Shown here: positions 26,041 through 39,400 of the stretch, in pieces
How positions within the stretch are numbered: the stretch's first letter is position 1
Layout: each line of letters starts with the position of its first letter
NCBI GenBank assembly: GCA_037379345.1
Contig: CM074511.1
Coordinates: forward strand, 1,550,001 to 1,614,000
Direction of reading: 5' to 3'
Origin: Perna viridis
Taxonomy: Eukaryota
DNA length: 64,000 bases
Position numbers and translations under genes: made by a program
The notes under the pieces: model-generated
What the model was told of the DNA's origin: nothing
Seen by the model: the letters and a program-made list of their open reading frames with translations, nothing else
Database searches by the model: none

Positions 26041-27746
26041 TATATATAAAAAAAATGTTTTGTTATTTCATAGTAATGTAGCAAATAATGTTTTTGTTGC
26101 TTTCCTCTCTCAACTTAGAGACATTTCAGAGATTTCTTTGTCATACACAAGATTTGGAGTCAGACTTGCTGTCTTCTTTTCAGTCACTAGAGAATAGTTA
26201 TCATGAAATTATAGAAAATAATCTCAATATTCCTTAAGTGTTAATTGACCAGATAATGACATTGTATTTTATTTACAGATGGTTGAATGACTATATCATT
26301 CTTGGACCAAAAATCAATATATTGCTCTTGGATGTGAGTAATCTGATGAGTCATAACATACGGAGAAAATAAACCCATGGTGAGTTCTACCATATTTTGT
26401 TCGGTGAGTTTTGTTTCCATAAATTTGTTCTTTTATTTATTTTTCAGTTTATTTCTGCATTTCAAAAAAAAATTTTTTCCCTCCTTGCTCTTCAACTAAA
26501 GATAAAACTTTTCTATTTTTGATAACTTGTATGCTTTCTACTAAATCATCATTTATTATAATGATGGTTTCAGTGCCCATTGCATTTCAAATGCATATTA
26601 TGTAAATTGAAGCAAATTGGTAATTGATATTTTTCATCAGGAATATCAGTGATTTTTGTATTTAGTTAGTCCATTAATGACAGTAAAAGTGACTTGTTAG
26701 TCATATCAGGACATAATCTTTCTTGTTTTATGGACATACAGGATTATTTATCTCAGTAATTGATTTTAGTTATATTATTGACTTAATCTCTGTATTATAT
26801 ACTGTTACATGGGGAGTTAGTGCTAACCATATACGAATGATTTCCCTCAGATTGCAAAAATTGTCCCTTCAATAATGGCCTTAAATTTGTGAATGAAAAA
26901 AAACTGAAATTTAATGACTCATCAGTGTTCTAGGATTCCTATTTTCCGTTACCCGGGGCAAGTGAAATTTGGTTCAGGGAAAGTTAGGTACTTAGTTACA
27001 CTTTCCCGTGGCAAGTTGAAAACTTCATATGCTGTAAGGATTTGTTTTGTTAGGAAAGCAGTCATTGAGTGTGGGAAAGTTGATTTTGTATGGATTTTTC
27101 CTGAGGAGAACCTCAATTTTCTGAAAAAACCTAGAACACTGCTCGTGCTTATTTCAATTGTTCATTGTCCATCCATAAATGGTTTCACTCAATTAATAGG
27201 CTAGGCAGATAATTTTATGTCAATTTTTTTGTAAAAAAAATACTCTTTTGAGACACTAAAACCTGCAAATCTAACAAATGTACATTTTTCAAATCCTTAA
27301 ATTATTGAGATCCTTAAAATGATAGATATCCTTTTATATTCTATCATAAAAATCTGTAGCTATTGTAACTGAATGGAAAAAATATTATCAGTTTTCATGA
27401 CAAAGTTTAGATGCCCTCTTTTAAATATCTGGCACTTTAAAACTGCCAGGAAAAGCTTGCAGGCATGTTATTGTTGTAATGAACAAAAAAATAAGTGTAC
27501 CTTTTTCTGCTCATCTGTTTATGATTTTAATTCTGAAAATTTGTGTGAAATTATGCACTTTTGAGAAACAGCCAACTGGTACAAGTATTGCATATACTTC
27601 TGTACCACCAATCAATATTTCCACAAATTTTCACGCTTTTAATTTGTACTAAATGAGACCAGGTGAATTTAGTATAAAGGACATCATACCCCAATCATAA
27701 CTGTATAGTACAACCTAAAGTGTAGTCTGGAGAAGCCAATAATATT

Positions 27747-28353
27747 AGATTATGTAATATTTTTTTAACTGGAGGGAGTTTCTCATGCTCATCTCGTCGA
27801 GCGACTTTGCCGCAAGTCGAGATGAGCATGAGAAACTCCCGCGAGTTGAAAAAATATTTAATAATCTGTTTATCGCTGTTTTGCTGAATTGTAAAGTATT
27901 AGTTTTCTTTTATTTTTAGTTTTCCTGACCTAAATATGTAAGTTTTATAAGCGCTGCAAATGTCCTTTAGGGGCTGTTTTTCGGCGACGTGCTACATGAT
28001 GTCACATGTGTTGGCCAGCTGTGATCACATCATTTGAAAAAAAAAATTGGTTAACTATGACGGTCACGTTTAAAATTTGTGGAATAATTTTGGGATTTAT
28101 TCATTTTAACTGGGTAAGTTACTGTATTTAATAGTTTTCCATTATAAACTAGAAATGCCACAAATTAGCCATTATTTCATAGGCAGTAGACAAATAGATG
28201 GTTATTTGGGTCGTCAAATATTCCTACGCTGTTGCTTTTATGTCACGCAAGGGCATAGAAACTAGCGATAATTTTCATTCTCACTCGACTGGCGTGAGAT
28301 TGAAAATTATCATATAGCAAGATCAAAGGGACTTTAAACAAAATAGCGATAAA
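27747..28353. mobile_element. Non-autonomous hairpin element (possibly Crypton-like)
   Basis: About 50-bp arms around a perfect 23-bp stem (27774-27796 / 27818-27840). Inverted pair tttatcgctgttttg (27869) / caaaatagcgataaa (to 28353). Second hairpin at 28266-28311. CpG-rich. Confidence 0.6.
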
Positions 28354-28795
28354 CCTTTAAGTTTAAAGATCAAATTTTTAAAGTTGAAATAGAAGTCCAT
28401 TCTCAGTTCTTCTGTAACTTGTATGTAGTAAATAACGTGATCATTGTAGTACTTTGTTTAGTAAGGTCAGTATAAAGTTATTATAGCCCCAATACGAAAA
28501 GTGGCTGACCATTTTTGTGATCAGTCTGTTCTTCTGTACATCTGTCCAATACAGATCATGTCCAGACTGTAACAAAGTTTTTTTTTCTTAGATAGTTTAA
28601 TGTTTGTCTTATGTTATGACAACCTCAATTCCAGAATTAATGAACTTTGAACGTGACAGAGTTTTGTTCTCCCAAAGGAATGTTGGGATTGCTTTTTTGA
28701 GGTTGTGACAGGGACCTTTTAGGAAACAAGGGTCAAAAGGGGGTGGCACTTCAATTCTGCTCAGATTCTTATCCTTTGTCAATTAAACTTCAAAG

Positions 28796-28890
28796 CTGTA
28801 TCAAGCTTGAATGTTGTGTCCATATTTGCCCCAATTTCAAGGTTCAACCTCTGCAGTTGAATCAAGCTGTGCCCTGTGAAGCATTTTGTT
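28796..28890 (+). repeat. Dispersed repeat terminus (other copies at ~22767-22833 and ~54301-54388)
   Basis: ctgtatcaagcttg...gtgtccata.ttgcc.caa...gggtt.gacctctgc.g occurs three times in the window. Confidence 0.7.
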
Positions 28891-31800
28891 AATGTAACAA
28901 ATAGTGTACTAAATGTAACATTTTATCATTGAAGTTAAGCTTTTGATATACTATATGTTGATGACGAGTACAAGTATTTGTTACCTAAGTCTCTGAAGTC
29001 AGGGTTGTTATTTCTTCCACCCTCAAGATATTGCATGTGGAGTGACAACCTTGAAACAATGGGTGGTGAAGCAGGGTTAGTGACCCTTGACCTTGATGTA
29101 AAGGGGTATACTTAGCAAGACAACATGTGCAACTTCATGTTCTTGAAGAAAGTTTACATTGAGGCATATCATTGACCAAAATTTTGTTATTATTTAAGGA
29201 AGGCCTTATAAAATTTATTGGAAGGAAAAGAAAAGGAAAAACATAAGAAAAAAAAACAGTTAGGGTTTCAGACTTTACAAAATGATATAAAATGTTTTAG
29301 CATATTGTTTGCAGTGTATTATCAAATGTTCATTGTGTATTATATATATCGATAATTCACATTGTGAAATAAATTCTGTAATTTCACTTCTCCATATTAA
29401 TGTCACAAAATTTAAAGTTTATGTTGCAAATATTAATAATTTATGGAGAAAAACTGGACAATTTATGAACCCTTTCACTAAATCTGGACCTTCTTTTGCC
29501 GTGTGGTCTTATTTTGGTTATAAACTATTTCCGATTAATTATCTTATTATAACATTAAATAAAGTATGATATACAGTTGGGTGACCAGGAAGAATGTGTG
29601 AGGATAATTTTACCGACACGGTCGATATAGTTTCGCTTTTTACCCTTTGACCTTAAAGACGCTTTTCCATGGAAACGCAAGTCACCTGATCGAAATTCTG
29701 TTTCTTGATTGGCCAAATACTGATAATTAAGTGGCATTAAAAAAAATGCATCAGAAATTGAAATTGGGTGCTATGTGTTATTTCCTGAATGAAATGTAGA
29801 AAATTATAAGTAAAAAGAACAAATTTTACCATGTCTGCTATTTTTGTTAAAGAAAGCACTTGTTTTCTTTATATGAGTACATTTATGTGAAATTTCTGAC
29901 ATGTTTTAATATATCATGTTGCAAAGTGTAAAATAGTATTAAAAAGGGATGCTTTAAACACATTTCTTTGTATCTACCATTAGAATTAAGTTTGCATTAA
30001 AATTGATATCAAATTAAAGGTCAAGGTTAGTCTAGAAGGTTCTTTATGTCTGTTCTTGACAGAAGAATCATTGAACTATCCTGTTCTGAACATAAATTAC
30101 TTCACAAGGTTCTGTTTAAACAAGAAAAAAAATCGATAAAGACTGGTTATTCACTAAAAAAAGGATCAGAAAACTTTTTACAACATTAAAGCCATCTGCT
30201 TCTCTTAAAATTTTCCTTTAGGCTAGAAACCAAAAGCTGAAAACTAAACAACAAAGATGATTTTCAATTTCATTATTATACAATAAAATGATGTTTCTTG
30301 CTATGAGTCAATAGATCTTCTATGCATAGCTGCAAATAAATTACCATGAAGCTGCTAATACACATCTTCAGAAAACTCCTTGATCAAAAGTCTCTGGTTC
30401 CCCATTATACTGGTTACTGGTTCTGTGTCTGGTACTGAAATCAGTTTCAGGAAACTGATGTGTCCCTGCAAAAAATTATAGAAATATCTGTTGAAGAGTA
30501 ATGAATTGGTCTGCAGTTTAATTAGATATTCTATTTTCATTTCATTTACATGTATATTTTTCTTACAAGATTAAAATTACATACATTTGCCATTTACTGT
30601 AAGTATAAACAAGTACATTAAATCAAAACATACAGATCGACATCTTTCATAGCATTTCAGTTCTTAAGGTACTTATGGTGTTCAACACTGCCAGTTCTCG
30701 TACATAAGGTGAGAGACTCTCTCAGACTTCTGGCAAAATTCCTTTTATCCTTAGATGTTTCTGGAATCTTACACATTTTATTTATGTTTTAATATTTGGC
30801 CATGTGGACTGAACCATGAAAAATATTCTCTGATTGATATGATTTCAAGTCAAAAGTGTTGGGTTGTGTTCTTTACCAGAACATTCTCATATGATTTATG
30901 CAAGTCAGTGAAATGTCAAATCTATTTTGCCCTTTTTCTTTGTTTTCTTAAATCATTTAAGAATTGTTAGATATACTGGTAAATTAATTCAGTTCCATTA
31001 ATGCTGAATAAACCACAAAGGCAATAATATCATTCCAAAGCACTCAGTGCAAATAAAGTGTTGGCTAAGAGGTAAAAATGGCCATGGGGATGAAATTTTT
31101 GTCCTTTATCTTGGCAGCCCCTTTTACATGGATTGCATCTTAGTTCACTTATGAGTATGTTGACAAGTTTTATAGCTAGAATGAGTTCCTGTAAGATCAG
31201 AGACTTTGATCTGGTTAGTTTGTCAAAATGATGTGTTCTTGAAACTAAAAGAGGACAGTTCCAGTCTTTCTCATTGAAATCAAGTAAGCAAATTCTATCC
31301 CTTAACAGAAGTGTAAAAACCAATACTTTCATATTTGTCCACCCCCAAAATGAAGATTTTTGGACACCACCATCCATGTAGGTGTGTCAAGTTTATGTTT
31401 CCATGAGTAGACTAGCAAAGTCAGTCTTACATGTACGACAGTCAGTTTGTTCCTTTCCTCATCTTTGGAAACTTATCGACCATAGGTAACGTTGGGGATA
31501 CATGCTCTTGGTAAAAATGTCAAAATCAAAACACATAATTACTGATGTGTACAAAGTATGCTCATACATGCTGAAGTAAGACTAGTTTATTAGCTATTAA
31601 TCCTCTCACATTTGTTGCACCTGTCCCACGTCAGGAATTTCTGGCCCCTGTATGTCTTGTTTCACTATCACTTTCAGTCTACTTTATGTTGCTGTAGTAT
31701 ATAGAGCTTGAGGAAATTCACTGTACCTGAATAATGAATGTTGTTTTGGGGCAGCTGGGGTAAGGGGTTCCTCATCATTCATTAAAGACCCATGGGTGGC

Positions 31801-32384
31801 CTTGAGCTGACATTTTTCTTTGTCTTTGACACCATATCCATTCTCCTTATATTTTATTAGCTATGTTATTCTTGTTCTTTTATCATCACTTAACTTCGAC
31901 CCTATCAGCCTGGAATATTATGAAAAAAGTTTCAATCATTCAGTTACCCAGGTTAATTATACCCTGGCTTCATAGAAGCCTGATAGTATTAGGATCACTT
32001 TAATCAGGTCCTTGATATTCAGTAGCCTTTAAATTTACAAATATGTGGCAGAGTATAACTAGAACATCATTCCCAGATATCAACTATACTTACACCTTGA
32101 GATGTTTGATTTGTTGTTTTCAGTTTAATGCATTGTTGTAAAAATCACATCTAAACCTTAGGGTATGTTACTTAACAAAGTGAACTAAACTCTACTCTCT
32201 TAGAGGAATATTATAGAGGTTAAACCAAATGTACTAACTAGTTTATACCAATCCTTCAACAAAGAACTTAAGTGAACAGATGATTTTTGTGTAATAGATA
32301 ACTGTTTTATAAGTTGTGTCTATCAGTTATAAAGTATCACTACTAATCACTATAAGAGAAAGCCAGTTTTTCTTTGTACTGTAT

Positions 32385-32810
32385 ACTTGACACTTCAGCT
32401 AGAACCATTAGTCATGTGTAGGCTACACTCCAGCCAGAACCATTAGTCCAGTGTAAGCTACACTTCCGCCAGAACCATGAGTCCAGTGTAGACTACACTC
32501 CAGCCAGAACCATTAGTCCAGTGTAGAGTACGCTCCAGCCAGAACCATTAGTCCAGTGTAGACTACGCTCCAGCCAGAACTATTAGTCCAGTGTAAGCTA
32601 CACTTCTGCCAGAACCATGAGTCCAGTGCAGGCTACACTTCAGCCAGAACCCTTAGTCAAGTGTAATTTACACTTCAGCTGGAACCATAAGCCCTGTGTA
32701 GGCTACGCTTCAGCCAAAATCATTAGTTCAGTATAAGCTATATTTCAGCCAGAACAATTAGTCAAGTGCAAGCAACACTTCGGCCAGAAAAAATAGTCTA
32801 GTTTAAGCTG
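32385..32810. repeat. 35-bp minisatellite
   Basis: agaaccattagtccagtgtagactacactccagcc, about 12 copies. Confidence 0.9.
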
Positions 32811-33939
32811 ATATGGCTTATAGAAAGTTTATTAAACTTGGTTTTAGTATACACTGTACTGGATTAAAAAAAAGATTTGGGGGTTTCACATAGCAAAACA
32901 TGGACTTTGTCATTTGTTAAATGGGGACATTGGGGACCTTTTTCTTATCAGTTACTGAATGGATTTGAAGAAACTTTCACAGAATCTTTATTACATGTTC
33001 CCATTTTGCACCTCCTATTTTAGAATTTGATCTAAATGAATTTGGGGTTTTCACATAGTGAAACATGGATTTTGTCATTTGTGAACATGGGGACATGGGG
33101 TGACCTATTTCTTATCTGCTACACCACTGTATGGAATTGAATGAAACTTTCACAAAATCTTTATTACATGGTGCACCTCCTATTTTAGATTTTTATTCAA
33201 TTCAAAATGGAAGTTTAAAGGTGCATGTTATCAAATGGAGGAGTGGGGATATCAAGTTTGTAAGCATTGCTCTTTTTATATCTGGGTGATATACCAATTT
33301 CATTAAAACCTGTAATACTTTATTTTACATATTCCTAATTCTTAAAAGGACTGATCTGTAATACCCAAAACACCTAGACAAAATAACACATTTATGATAG
33401 CTTGCTGAGAAAACCATAAGTTGTTTCTTATAACTTCAAAGTCAAAAGGGAATTCTCTGGTCTTTGATAACTCTGATTGCATACAGATGGGTTGGTGAAG
33501 AGAAATATGTAAACTTCATTATCATCATATTTTGGTAATCTGGGCTTATTTTCCCATCAAATTACAATTAGTTATTTATTTCTCAAAGAGGCTTTTACAT
33601 AGGGTAACTCTTCAGTGTACAAGTTTTCTGTCAGCTTTAAATCACATAAAAACAAAACTATTTACTTAAGTACCATCATAAATGTTCAAAACCTTGGCAG
33701 TTGATTATGTGAAAAAAATATAAGCTTGAATACAAACTTAATTACAGTGGATAAAAAAAAATCTAAGGAAAGGCAATCAGTGCAGCTAAAGTTTGATACT
33801 ACTGCAGTCAGATTAAAAATTACCAGATCAGCAAGCACAAAGCTAGAAAAATTCTGTAAACATTCAATGAAACTAACAAACATCTACAAGTAAGTTTTAA
33901 ATCATTTTGTCAGTCGGTTCATCAATATACCTTGTATCC

Positions 33940-35060
33940 TACATCCTACATGTACCTTGAAGGTAAACCAGTGAGCATTACTTGTCAGTCCATCCTACAT
34001 GTACCTTGAAAATAAACTAGTGGGCATAACTTGTCAGTCTATCCTGCATGTATGTTGTAAGTACTTGTCATTCAATGTGCCTTTTAAGAGAACTAGTGGG
34101 CATTACTCTTCAGTCAATATACCTTGTAGGTTTATCCATTGGTATTACTCATCAGTCAGTCTTCCTTATTAGGGACTAGAACCAGTGGTCACTACTTGTC
34201 AGTCCATCCTACATATACCTTAAAGATAACCCAGTGGTATTACTTGTCAGTCCATTGTACATGTACTCTGAAGGTTAACCATTGGGCATTACTTGTCAGT
34301 CCATCCTACATGTACCTTAAAGGTAAACCATTTGGCATTACATGTCACTCTATTTTTCATGTACTTTGAAGGTGAACCATTTGGCATTACTTGTTAGGCC
34401 ATTGTACATGTACTTTGAAGGTAAACCATTTGGCATTACTTGTCAGTCCATTGTACATGTACCTTAAAGGTAAACCAGTGGATTTTACTTGTCAGTCCAT
34501 TGTACATGTACTCTGAAGGTAAACCATTTGGCATTACTTGTCAGTCCATTGTACATGTACTTTGGAGGTAAACCATTTGGCATTACTTGTCAGTCCATTG
34601 TACATGTACTTTGAAGGTAAATCATTGGGCATTACTTGTCAATCCATCCTACATGTACTTTGAAGGTAAACCTGTTGACATTACTTGTCAGTCCATCCTA
34701 CATGTACTTTGAAGGTTAACCATTGGGAATTACTTGCCAGTCCATTGTACATGTACTTTGAAGGTAAATCATTGGGCATTACTTGTCAGTCCATCCTACA
34801 TGTACTTTGAAGGTAAACCAGTTGACATTACTTGCCAGTCCATTGTACATGTACTTTGAAGGTAAACCATTGGGCATTACTTGTCAGTCCATTGTACATG
34901 TATCTTGAAGGTAAACCAGTGAACATTACTTGTTATTCCATGCATTGGGCATTACTTGTCAGTCCATGCTACATGTACATTGTAAGTAAACCAGTGGTAT
35001 TACTTGTCATTCAATATATACATAGTAAAGGAACCAGTTGGCATTATTTGTATGTCAATA
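33940..35060. repeat. 49-bp minisatellite
   Basis: tacatgtactttgaaggtaaaccatttggcattacttgtcagtccattg, roughly 20 copies; central copies are the most homogeneous. Confidence 0.92.
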
Positions 35061-35302
35061 TACCTTGAAAACCAAAAAGTGGCCAAGCATTATCCATTTG
35101 TCTGGAAGATAAGTTGACTATAGGTAGATGGATCTCTTAAAAATTGTACCACAAGATATCATACCACCTGTGTGTGATTAGCGTATGTTTGAGTTAGCTG
35201 GATAAGCTAAAAGATTGCCATATAAATCAACAACCGATCGGCTACCTTACATCACTGTCCACGTAACGTTAACAAGGGAAATGCAATTTATTATAATAGT
35301 AC

Positions 35303-35520
35303 TTCACGCTAAATTTGCCGTAAGATTTTGGGACATTCCTATCCTAAACCTGATCCGCCATTGTTACCAAAAGAGCATTTAGAGGAGGGCATACCATTCA
35401 AAGTTACTGGAATCGATTTCACAGGACTGTTGCACACTTGAACAATACAAGATTAAAGGCATTCATTTACCTTTTCACATGTGCATCTTTGCAAGCACTG
35501 CATTTGAAAATTCTGGTCAT
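35303..35520 (+). mobile_element. BEL/Pao integrase fragment
   Basis: PKPDPPLLPKEHLEEGIPFKVTGIDFTGLL and KAFIYLFTCASLQALHL match the BEL integrase pattern PF..TGVDFAGP...K.YICLFTCA.TRAVHLE. Confidence 0.75.
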
Positions 35521-35737
35521 GGCACCAAAATGTGTGTGATTAGCATATGTATGAGTAAGCTGGATATGCATACATAAAAAGACAGCAGTATAAATCAATC
35601 ATTTAATCAACAACTGATTGGCGTAACGTTAACAAAGGAAATGCAATATGTAACAATAGTACAATAGTCACTGAATTCATGATACCACCAAAGGAAAGCT
35701 GGGATTTATTTTCAAGGGTTTGTGAAGTAAACCCCTT

Positions 35738-36450
35738 TTAAGAGTAATCAAGGGAACCAAGGTTATAGCGGTAATCAAAAGAATGTAATCCAGGGACAAA
35801 GACCAGTCATGGAAAATAGACATACACAACAAAGAACACAAAGTAACTAAAATCATACATACAAAGTAACAAAAGCAAATGAGCAACTTGGACCACTAAA
35901 AACTGGGAGCATCCTCTGCTTTTGGGAGGAGACAAACAAGGAAAGGAAAACTATGACCCACTGAATGAATTAGTTTTCATGGTGTAGAAGGATACACCAT
36001 AACGATCCATGAGTTCATGATGATGACCATAAAACTTCTGTAGTAATGACTTCAGCATAACCCTGGTCCAGTAGCCTATATGTTAGAGTTCTAGCGGGAT
36101 ACAAAAAGTCTGTGTAGTTTCAGCAAGCTCTGGCATAATGTATGAGTTGTGATATGAACAGTCCATACGCAGGTGCTGAAGGGATGTTGCCACAGATGAA
36201 AGGAAAGTTGACAATTCTGAATGAAAAGTCATCATGTTTGTCGTAAAGTCTGGTCAATATTTTCCTTTACCATCGATTTCTAGGTGTATGTCAGGATATG
36301 AGGCTGACTTCACAGTGTCTGTAGGATGCGATGTATCAAATCCCCATAATGATTATTGTATAAAGATAATACATCATCTACATAGCAGAAACTGAGATTA
36401 AAGGATCTAGCCAAACGATATTTTTTCTTTCAGATTAGGTCAGCTATAAA
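35738..36450 (-). mobile_element. 5'-truncated Naiad-like Penelope retroelement (RT palm/thumb plus 3' end)
   Basis: LARSFNLSFCYVDDV, SASYPDIHLEIDGKG, LYDKHDDFSFRIVNFPFICGNIPSAPAYGLFISQLIHYARAC and FYGHHHELMDRYGVS, followed by a 3' terminus also found at 19157-19305. Confidence 0.83.
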
Positions 36451-39400
36451 GAGTTAAGGAGTGAAAAATTGGTTTGAAACAAGCATTTTTTTTTTTCGTC
36501 TATATGAAGAATTAAGTAAATGGGAATGGATCTCTTTGAGATTGTGCCTCAAGGTCACTTTACCCCAAAAAGAAGGTTTGGATTGATTTTGGAAATTGTG
36601 ACTGATACCATTAAAGAATTAAGGGTCATAAAAGGTCCACATAAGTTCTGGTCATACTCTTATCCTGTATGCCTGGTGGTTATATTAAGCTGTACCCTGC
36701 AAACCATTTTATGTATACCCCCAATGCCAAAATGGTGGAATATAGTGATAGGGGTGTTTGTTCTTCCTTCATTCCTTCCTTCCTCCCTTTTGTCCTCCCA
36801 TCCCTTCCATTACACAGATGGGTACCCATTCCTTATCTGTTACTGTTCCTACATCACTGAATGGAATTTAATGAAGAAGACTTTCACAGAATCTTAATTA
36901 CATATGTCCATTGTGTACATTAATTACATGTGTCCATTGTGTACATTATTTTTTAGATTTTGATCCGAAGCAATTTGGAGTTTTACATACAAAACATAAC
37001 TTAGTCATTTATGAAAATGGGGATATGAGGGTACCCATATCTTATCAGGAATCCCTTCTATATAAATAAATTGAATTTGATTAAACCTTTGTAGAATTTC
37101 TTTTTGAAAACCAAATTATTAAACCATTTGGTTGAACCCACCAACACCTCTACATTGGTACCAATTAAACCATTTGGTTGAATCCACCAACACCTCTACA
37201 TTGTTACCAATTAAAGCCTTCCCCTTTCTGCTTTACTGAAGTTGAGCCAACAAACACTATAATATTGGGACCACTTTCAACATTTAAAGCCTGTGTTTTA
37301 TTTACTGAAATTGAACTTAAAAACACTTTAATATTGGTACGATTTAATTCTTCTTACCCCCTTTCTGTTTGGCTCGCATGTGCCAATTTATGGATAGGAT
37401 AGCCACTTAAAGAAGTCAAAATATAGTGAAAGTTTTTGTGGGCTAAAGTCATTATAGCCCCTGTCTCATTTGCTGAACCCACAAAAACTGATATCATTGA
37501 TAACTTTGAAACCTGTATAGTTCTGAGTGATTAAGTTTAGTAAAAACACTGTTTTGGGAACATTCATGAAAGTATCAGTTTCTATAGTAACGTTTATAAT
37601 GCTCTTTAAATTATAGACAAGACTTTGATGAAAGCCTTGATATAAGAACATTATGCAATGGTTGATGGTTATGTAATGTTTTTATGAAAGATGAAGGTTT
37701 GAACACCACATGTATATCTGACAGAACAGGTGTGCATCAAGTATAAATCAGTAACAATTATCTCCCTCAAACAGACTTATAATATCAATTTCATTACAAC
37801 AACACTAAAGTTTGAAATAACAGGACTCTTTAGACAGCTAAAAAGTTGTTTAGATTTTTTGTTCCCAATTTATAGTGTACATAAATTTCACTGTCTGCAT
37901 TCTCTTGATTTGAAATTTGTTAATTGTTGATATTAGTAATTTGTCTTACTCTAACAGTATACAGCAAAGGATTTTATTACATTCCTAAAAACCTTTGAGC
38001 AAAAAAAGACCCAGAGCATTTGATAAAGTGGTAGTAGCCATGTAATATTTATAATTAGGGACTGCATCAATAATGTTGAAGTATTTACTATATATATATA
38101 TATTAACTAACATTTTAGGGTGAACATATTAAATTATGATAATGAGTGTATTTGTTAAAAAATCTTCTTTTTTTTCCCGCATTATCACAAATTTTTAGTC
38201 AAATTTTGTAAGCACTTACTCTCTAAACATGAAATGAAAAAACACTGTGACTCTGTCATAATAAATTAGGTGATGTTAATTTACTTTTGGGCTATTGAGT
38301 TACATTCACTTTAGGAATGCTTAAAATTTTGCTATGCATATTCCAGTAATTACAATAACGCCCAAGTAGCAGTTTCAATACACTGTAATAATAATTGCCA
38401 CAATTTCCAAATGTACAGCAATATTTAAAAAAGAAAGGCATAGTACAGATCTTAGAAGAACTTTTTCAGTCTAACATATTAGTTTAATGTAGTCAGGAAC
38501 TAGCCCCCTTTCCTTCTGTTTTCTTGTATGAATTTTAAATTATATCGACTAAGCAGTTACAAAAAAAATGTCATATTTCTTTTGGTCAATATTCCACTTA
38601 AATATTAGTAAAGGTCCATTTTCATTAAATATTTTGATGGTAAAGACCCTCACACTTTTGATCTTGTGGTAAAGGCATTTAATGGAGATATTAGGTAATA
38701 ATGAATATTTTCTCCATTAACTCAAACCTCACTGCACACAACACATGCTTGCCCTGTTATTAAACTTATCTATGAATTTGACAGCAGACGTAAAGTTTAT
38801 GACTCTCATAAATCAGGGCAAGCAGACGTTCCTATTACCCATAATCCTTTGCACTGTGTTTCAGGAGCAGAACTTGCAGTGTAAGATGCATTTGCACCTG
38901 TGATTCCAAGTTTTTACCTGATATTGTAATTGCTTGCTTACTTCTTGGATATATTTAGAGAAATTCAAGGTAGGTGAATTAAGTTAAATATTTATCAATT
39001 TTCTACTTGAGATGAAGATGAATACTTAATTTAAAGGTATTCTTTTAGAAAAGTGTCGTGATTGTTTGAAAAATCAGTTATGCAAATTGCACAAAATACA
39101 ACATGCAGTTGAAGCGTTTGATAAACTTTTTTTGTTGATGAAATATATATCTTTTCTTTTTAACACAAGATTGTTTTCCATTTAAACATTTCAAACAATG
39201 AAATGCTATTTAAGTACCCGATATCCTTACACTAAATATTTAGCTATAAACCTAGATACCATCTATTTTTAAACAGTTTTACATAAATCAGAAATGAAAT
39301 TTTATCAAGCTATTTTCCTCAATTCATTTTGTACAACTGTATCATTACTGCTGAAAAGTTCCATTTGTTTTTGGGGCTATAAATTAAACAAGACCTAGGG

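Noticed and set aside
26325-26400. CTGATGAG...GAAA resembling a hammerhead ribozyme core
   Set aside because: Stem II cannot close (GTC...GA lacks the C), stem III is poor, and extra bases separate stem I from the core.
31030-31377. 115-aa ORF with faint LINE RT resemblance (KRGCQ)
   Set aside because: No second diagnostic motif was found.
32385-35060. Regular arrays resembling CRISPR
   Set aside because: Head-to-tail repeats with no unique spacers and no cas genes, in a eukaryotic context.
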